Below are positions 60,301-64,000 of a DNA stretch of 64,000 bases, piece after piece (position 1 is the stretch's first letter; every line of letters begins with the position of its first letter). A model generated the notes under the pieces. It worked only from the letters and a program-made list of their open reading frames with translations. It was not told the origin of the DNA and did not search any database. This DNA is from an uncultured Chlamydiales bacterium. GTDB lineage: Bacteria; Chlamydiota; Chlamydiia; Chlamydiales; JAAKFR01. Both the position numbers and the translations under genes were made by a program. The DNA is taken from assembly GCA_963699155.1 (NCBI GenBank), contig OY969414.1, positions 1,355,757 to 1,419,756 of the forward strand, read 5' to 3'.

Positions 60301-63300
60301 CTGTTTCTCCACCAGTTCGACTTCGGCTCGAAGGCCTCCACTGAGCCCTTCTACATCCTTTACCCGATAGACTCTGCGCTCTGCATTCAGCTCTGCCCCT
60401 TTTTGGAAGTCCTTATCAAACTTGGCAAATTCCTGTTGTAGATAGTCAAAAAAGGGCTTCTCATCCTCTTCTAGAGAGTCTTTGTCGGGGCATGCGGGGG
60501 GAGCTACAGGTGGGTTTTTGCTTTTCTCGGCCTCTTCAAAGTGTCTGCTAAACCATCCTGCTGTAGCTCCCTGATCGATCGCTTCCATAGAGAGGGGAAG
60601 CAGCTTTAAAGGAAGTGTGGAATCCTCCAATTTTTTGGCCGGAATCGCCGGCGACAAAATGGCTCTCACTGGCGTAGAGAGCTTATCATCGGAGTATTCA
60701 GGGCGAGGCACACTCCGCTTACCAGGGTAATCAAAACCTTGGAAGTAATGTGCAAAGGTGAGTTTGGCTAGATCATCTTTGGCAGGGGGAAGTTCCGGAA
60801 CATGACGTGTTTGTAAAGCGAGTTGTAAATATCTCCAGCTTGGTGGCATCTTTTCCCCATCCAAGACTGAGCTATCTTTATCGAGTGCGACCAGCTGTAG
60901 GCGGAAGGCGAGCCTTTTTCGCTCTAACTCACTCCCACTTTTGGCTACCGTATAGGCAGTACGGAAGAATCTTCTCTCAAACTCTTTATCCCAATCCTTC
61001 AGCAGTGGAATCGGATCATCTAGCGACAAGGGCCCGCTTTTTGGCTCCTCTAAAAAAGGTAGAGAGTAGGCGATGTTATCTTTGATGACCTGTTTCAACT
61101 CTTCGTCGCGGCCCTGTAAACTCTTTCGCGCATTGTCGTAAGAGGTGCCGCCCACTTCGGGAAATTCGCTATAGGGCTGTTCTGGAAAGGGGCGGAAGCT
61201 GCCCAAGTCCGGGTAGCGCATCTTCATGCGCTTCCCACTCTCTTTGATGCCTGCGAGGGAGCGGTCGGCACCGTTGAGAAGGAGCTCTTCAGGCAAATGG
61301 TGCTCATAACGACGATAAGTGGCTCTGATCTCGTTCAACTTAGAAAGTTCATCAACTGCTTTACCGACCCGCTGATTCGCTTTGATTACAAAGAGTGCTG
61401 CATGGAGAGCCACTGCAGCGGCTTCTGGGGAAGTATCTTTGGTTTGAATGAGCCAGGTTATCACTTTGCGACTCGTTGGGGAGAGGGGTTCCCTGAAATC
61501 GATCTGTTTGAGAGCTCTCAATGCTTCAATATATTGTCTTTGACTCAGGTAGAGATAGCTTAAGTGAAGAGTGGCCTCTTGATTCGCTGGAACCAGCTTG
61601 CCCCCTTTGAGATCATACTCCACAAATTCCAAATGGTTCTCACCTGTCAGATCAAATGGAGGGAGATCAAAGGCGTGCTGGCTGGAAAGAGGAGCTTGTC
61701 CTGCCAGTGGGCGCAGCTGGACGATCACTTTTTTCGCGCCGCTCTCTCTATGGACGAGAAGAAGCGCTCCATTCTTCGTGCCTATAAGAGCTGGCCGCTG
61801 CTCTGCAGAAAGCTGAAACTTCCGGTTCATCGTATAGACGAGAGCATCCCCTTCCAGATCAAAAGAGAGAGGGGTGCCCGCTTGGGAGTGGTAGCGCCAC
61901 AAATGGAGTCTCCGTTTGCCATCTTCAGCTACTGTCCAGTGAATCTGTTCGGCACTCTCAAAACTGTCTAGAGCAGTTCCAGAGGCAAAGGGTAAAAATC
62001 GCTGACCACTTTTTCCAAGGATGATGCCTTTATCGAAAATAGCTGTGATGGCCCCCGATTTGCGGTCACAGATGAGCAGTTCAGAGTTCTTAGTAATCCA
62101 ATGGGTCATATCCTGACAGAGAAAGGAGGGCAGTGATTTCAGAGCGCGCTCTCGGGGAACAAGAGTGCACCACTCCCCATCGATCGATCTCTCGAGTTTG
62201 AGATTGCTGTAACTTCCCGTCTTTCTAAGAGTGCCCAATTGGGGATGAGAAAAATAGGTAAAGGTGGAAGCTTCAAAGAAGGTCGGGGCAAAATCTGGCC
62301 CGAAAATATAGCTCCAACCTACTTTATCTGAAGTGTAGGAGCTGGAAACATAGCGGAGAGGGCCATCAGTCGTTTGGACGGCGCCTGTGATCAGATTGAC
62401 TAACCAGAAATCATCTCCATGCCTACCTTCGATCAAATGGGGTTCTTTGAGTGTGACGGTATAAGTGTCAGAAAGCTGTATGCCCAGCTGCAGGAGTGTG
62501 CTGCGCAATAGCTCACGATGGAGAGTCTCATTTTGCTCTTCGGGCAGGGAGAGACTCGCTTCATAGATGAGAGACTCGGCTTCTAATTCGAGGAGAGGAT
62601 TTTTCGAGGCAGCAGGAAGAGGACTATTTTTATAGAAAACCCAGGCAGAAAAAACCTTTTCCACCTCTGTTTGACTCAATTCCCGTCCCAGTTTTCGATA
62701 GGCGAGCACCAGGTGAAGGGAAATCAGGCTGCGCTCCTCTTGTGTGAGTGTGGGCATTGCCAACATCCTTTCGATCGCATCGATTCCGAGATCGCGATGG
62801 TCGCCTCCAGGGAAGTCTGCCAAACGGGCTGCGAGTCTGAGGAAGAAGGTGACAGCTAAGACTTTCGGTTTCTGATTGGGTTGCCGATAGTAAAAACGGT
62901 CGATCCCCTCCTGGATAAAGAGGGCCATCTGTTCCTGAAAACTCTTCTGTCTGAGCTCTTCGGCTAGAGGGAAGGTGAGGATATAGTCCATTTCTTGGCT
63001 CTTTTTTGACTTATCGAGAGGGGTAGGAATAATTTGCAAGGGGCGGAAGAGAGCCACTTCAAAAAGAGTTTGTTCCACCAGGTTCTCAAAAAGGTCAAGC
63101 CGGCTGCTATAATGGGCAAGAAGTTTATAGGGAAAGAGAGAAGGTTCTGATGAAGCAGAGAAAAGATGGGGGAGCTTCGCACTTTCTACAGAGGATTTCA
63201 ATTCGTTGGTTGGATGGAACTTGCTGAGAGCTTCCGCCTCTTTCTTTGCAGAATCTTCTGCACGCAACCGAGTCGCGGAAGGGTGCTCAAAAAAGCTTCT

Positions 63301-64000
63301 CGAATAGTGTTGACCTGTCCCCGAAAGGCCACTAGGATGGAGTGCAGAGGAATCTTCAGTCTCCAGTCGATCTGAATAAGATGAATATGGCTTCTCCCTT
63401 TTGAAATTGAAGTAGAAAGAACACTCCTGAAAAACGCCCCCTTTCTCTCCCTGAAGTGAAATTTCAGCTTTTAAACCTGTATCGTGAAATCCAGAGGCGT
63501 GATGAGCTCTGACAGCAGCACGGAATAGATAGGCAAGAGGTAAGAGTGGTGAGGAATCCTCTTTTTCGTTCCCAAAACGTCTGACTAAATCGGTCGCTAA
63601 GATCGCTTTCTTAACACCTTCTGGGAGTTTTTCGACCTTTTCTTCAGTTAGGCTTGTTTCGTAGTTTTTTTTATTTGCGTTAAAAAGGTAATTTAACTTT
63701 TTAGCGGTGAGCTCATCGCGATAAGAGCTATCGATCAACTCCATCATATAGGCGATCAAAGAATATTCCCTTGTGCGGCTAGAATTTCCATAGATAAGTC
63801 TGTTCAAATTAAAAAGAGGGTCGCTATCTTCAGCACCCTGATACTTTTTAAAATAGGCTCTCAGCTCTTCAAACCTTTGATATTCGGCGTAGGAAGTATA
63901 AATCTGATAATTATCATGGGTCTCGTAGATGGCCGGGAAGAAAAGGGGATATTTCTTGAGCTTTGGCTCTACTTCGACAACGAGCCTATGAATCGCTGCA
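54313..64000 (-). CDS. Giant (>3200 aa, 5' end outside window) DUF3638-like P-loop protein with C-terminal repeats and two terminal TM helices
   Basis: Frame is open to the window edge; QAYLGFGKTT Walker A-like, IFDEVD Walker B-like, YDERHTLGTDI, QADGRAR. Confidence 0.75.
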   Translation of the reverse strand, partial: AAIHRLVVEVEPKLKKYPLFFPAIYETHDNYQIYTSYAEYQRFEELRAYFKKYQGAEDSDPLFNLNRLIYGNSSRTREYSLIAYMMELIDSSYRDELTAKKLNYLFNANKKNYETSLTEEKVEKLPEGVKKAILATDLVRRFGNEKEDSSPLLPLAYLFRAAVRAHHASGFHDTGLKAEISLQGEKGGVFQECSFYFNFKREKPYSSYSDRLETEDSSALHPSGLSGTGQHYSRSFFEHPSATRLRAEDSAKKEAEALSKFHPTNELKSSVESAKLPHLFSASSEPSLFPYKLLAHYSSRLDLFENLVEQTLFEVALFRPLQIIPTPLDKSKKSQEMDYILTFPLAEELRQKSFQEQMALFIQEGIDRFYYRQPNQKPKVLAVTFFLRLAARLADFPGGDHRDLGIDAIERMLAMPTLTQEERSLISLHLVLAYRKLGRELSQTEVEKVFSAWVFYKNSPLPAASKNPLLELEAESLIYEASLSLPEEQNETLHRELLRSTLLQLGIQLSDTYTVTLKEPHLIEGRHGDDFWLVNLITGAVQTTDGPLRYVSSSYTSDKVGWSYIFGPDFAPTFFEASTFTYFSHPQLGTLRKTGSYSNLKLERSIDGEWCTLVPRERALKSLPSFLCQDMTHWITKNSELLICDRKSGAITAIFDKGIILGKSGQRFLPFASGTALDSFESAEQIHWTVAEDGKRRLHLWRYHSQAGTPLSFDLEGDALVYTMNRKFQLSAEQRPALIGTKNGALLLVHRESGAKKVIVQLRPLAGQAPLSSQHAFDLPPFDLTGENHLEFVEYDLKGGKLVPANQEATLHLSYLYLSQRQYIEALRALKQIDFREPLSPTSRKVITWLIQTKDTSPEAAAVALHAALFVIKANQRVGKAVDELSKLNEIRATYRRYEHHLPEELLLNGADRSLAGIKESGKRMKMRYPDLGSFRPFPEQPYSEFPEVGGTSYDNARKSLQGRDEELKQVIKDNIAYSLPFLEEPKSGPLSLDDPIPLLKDWDKEFERRFFRTAYTVAKSGSELERKRLAFRLQLVALDKDSSVLDGEKMPPSWRYLQLALQTRHVPELPPAKDDLAKLTFAHYFQGFDYPGKRSVPRPEYSDDKLSTPVRAILSPAIPAKKLEDSTLPLKLLPLSMEAIDQGATAGWFSRHFEEAEKSKNPPVAPPACPDKDSLEEDEKPFFDYLQQEFAKFDKDFQKGAELNAERRVYRVKDVEGLSGGLRAEVELVEKQRVDLEVSLLELVNKHDPTDVQKGLLIEAKLRQELSLKRLTDLFLRGDADAFAKANPYLRNEALIQELAQAYGLGAYPNLVIEYLYNQMGLFMALTVQKARLERALKYSQQLEGTSLQGAAREAQVQKLAAELQPVRDVYPLQESPLFLVYEYLSGLSIRSEQAPLIQKMLEKDKGGHYISRVVQAYLGFGKTTLLATILLKYAASKGRLALFITLASQYSSVSYNLRKMLRDCFEVELEEFDVSREQLTRSPATCHDIMGRLQKCMHAGDIVLEKGESLLTIAMTFIVLISEAAQEVKEPQALMEKINLIKEILFTHRKKGDAIFDEVDLLLHVLFEMNFPMGDKKYLSPERIEVGRELFLLLISEKVALDEHTTINLAKEIGIRQNRQNLMSPQLLKTTIPKVVAYNFVRTMVSLKLSVEWQASFERYLNGTMNLECQRLLDKPDAARLASLNAVDRRDFEFLKYLRQLRNSAIPAEQEATHQIALIKHMLQVVLPSNLKQIGKRDYGRGGALPGEVRPYLAVDTPSENLYGYQWEWLGIHFLTALQCGVSEEQFRHVAKIYEAHAKLQVKVAFEETLQATEFKEMTGIGLHELDDPLKVEQALRHLKSNVDALLQMEADTAAEYVGYYPKRISAPRSALMGLLSTVRAMGGTLPNLPCYPKALRENCESALGTEGKYAERALTRVATREKGKSYVHVTHSEEVDQILKEVLTDHPEKGRVRALLDPGARFKNSTNLQVAQAIRAELNLHVLFFMRNPQKQEKTPDTLTLLRADSDNLETIGGTRLEDIQKMGIDLGEYFVFYDERHTLGTDIPLPSDAIFLKTADEELLRDVSFQADGRAREYFLQQNVETILPDYLLPILDRLVSQPEKDEELKRLRASLVLTIKNQALLLPDYFYRASKHEVDEVFRELFWQEFLIEGRLSHDYIRQRFPAHEKTLVIEQEDLPYDQFGSLEVPVDAAKSLDSYQKRKADQFPKEHEKRKGVDGVVNKSWQVVLAAQKSPYLVGQVLEKESAVGIHVDVLVDVASEVRQNVDQNVEEEILSEAKEYDQVRYQNIALERSWSDAQIEALFQGNVDDLHPLSRYLGPHHYLYRRDYSSVFTSKVLVTDSWAYSTDTPLPAFHHMQRPLDQLLVVKRADGYQSIALSQYEASQFKRYLSAHPQQGVWLVHADGRLLHDNPLAPLPKNGEIESALVEANVFNGRIDYLEAHEEAALAWLHQDQKAMEIKIHFIKLKIANQPFQKRLFFKSDLFVDSSVKENQRQHRWNLIAAEMDALTPAQIQAQRDPLQLRRYPPKQLNMLTVEQVPLLNLGQIPYLKRADLIQAIPQKFASKMKPFQMEFIKEEQVTWFQELAQIQKIPSRFLTMMTDVQLARISSRQVAEIVDPALIDRLAAVDTSLLGNLTGEQVAEGIVDEKCFKYLIRKEAIESVPVSSLHHIPPALRKRFLTSTQVEQLDPETQRPLIHELTSQQVGWLQTEAQLREVQPDHIPGITDKDLLARIGKSRPELLASVTQKQVIDKLVTEEMVPHLRNAATIGALPVAWLPRVGVALRQQALSKTQVQQITYREYPQLFRELTDAQMAWVYPNYIGAIDERELLIRFAKINPKAIESITAEQVKAGLVPEEFVPKLYIHWAMVQAFPNDWLHYVDKKVREQHLSKTQIETLDPAKHQQIIEELTPAQALWLKTPAQLQVPLPKPPAATPLMASVTQKQVIDKLVTEEMVPHLRNAATIGALPVAWLPRVGVALRQQALSKTQVQQITYREYPQLFRELTDAQMAWVYPNYIGAIDERELLIRFAKINPKAIESITAEQVKAGLVPEEFVPKLYIHWAMVQAFPNDWLHYVDKKVREQHLSKTQIETLDPAKHQQIIEELTPAQALWLKTPAQLQVPLPKPPAATPLTEEAPADAPPPERRSIVQIVLTVLGFLVAAALLTAGAFALMGGYWTQAPQFTVTIYHFFKSSVIISGAVLGGGALMLVGLIAFAIYQCKRNTKP
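54597..55772. repeat. Apparently exact 588-bp in-frame tandem duplication (54597-55184; 55185-55772)
   Basis: Identical shadow ORFs offset by 588 bp; 196-aa block repeated in the protein. Confidence 0.95.

Overview
This window looks like the chromosome of an environmental chlamydia (Chlamydiota). That is an inference from the trmD-rplS-rnhB-(yicC)-gmk-rpoZ-metG-recD2 order, the chlamydial-type omega subunit and the many eukaryote-like effectors. The first 7.5 kb is core housekeeping. The rest is an accessory mosaic: F-box, LRR-NEL, ankyrin and LRR proteins, a giant DUF3638-like protein running off the right edge, a sacsin/NOV-like ATPase-nuclease, mobile mystery A/B, three AAA_14/DUF4143 ATPases, an orphan AbiEi, transporters and enzymes. 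Mobile DNA includes an intact IS481-family element and an internally deleted IS1182-like element. Main observations: (1) a 3.4-kb ankyrin gene sits inside the umuDC operon, bracketed by a 29-bp duplication of the umuD/umuC overlap, and uses the umuD tail as its own C-terminus; (2) two ~165-bp palindromic elements share a central core, and one is inserted in-frame in a signal peptide, analogous to Rickettsia palindromic elements; (3) synonymous sites show a recurrent polarised C/G skew on the flanks of accessory islands; (4) several genes are disrupted by IS insertion or single-base frameshifts and can be reconstructed by hand. No tRNA, rRNA or CRISPR array was seen. All calls are by eye, with no database searches.
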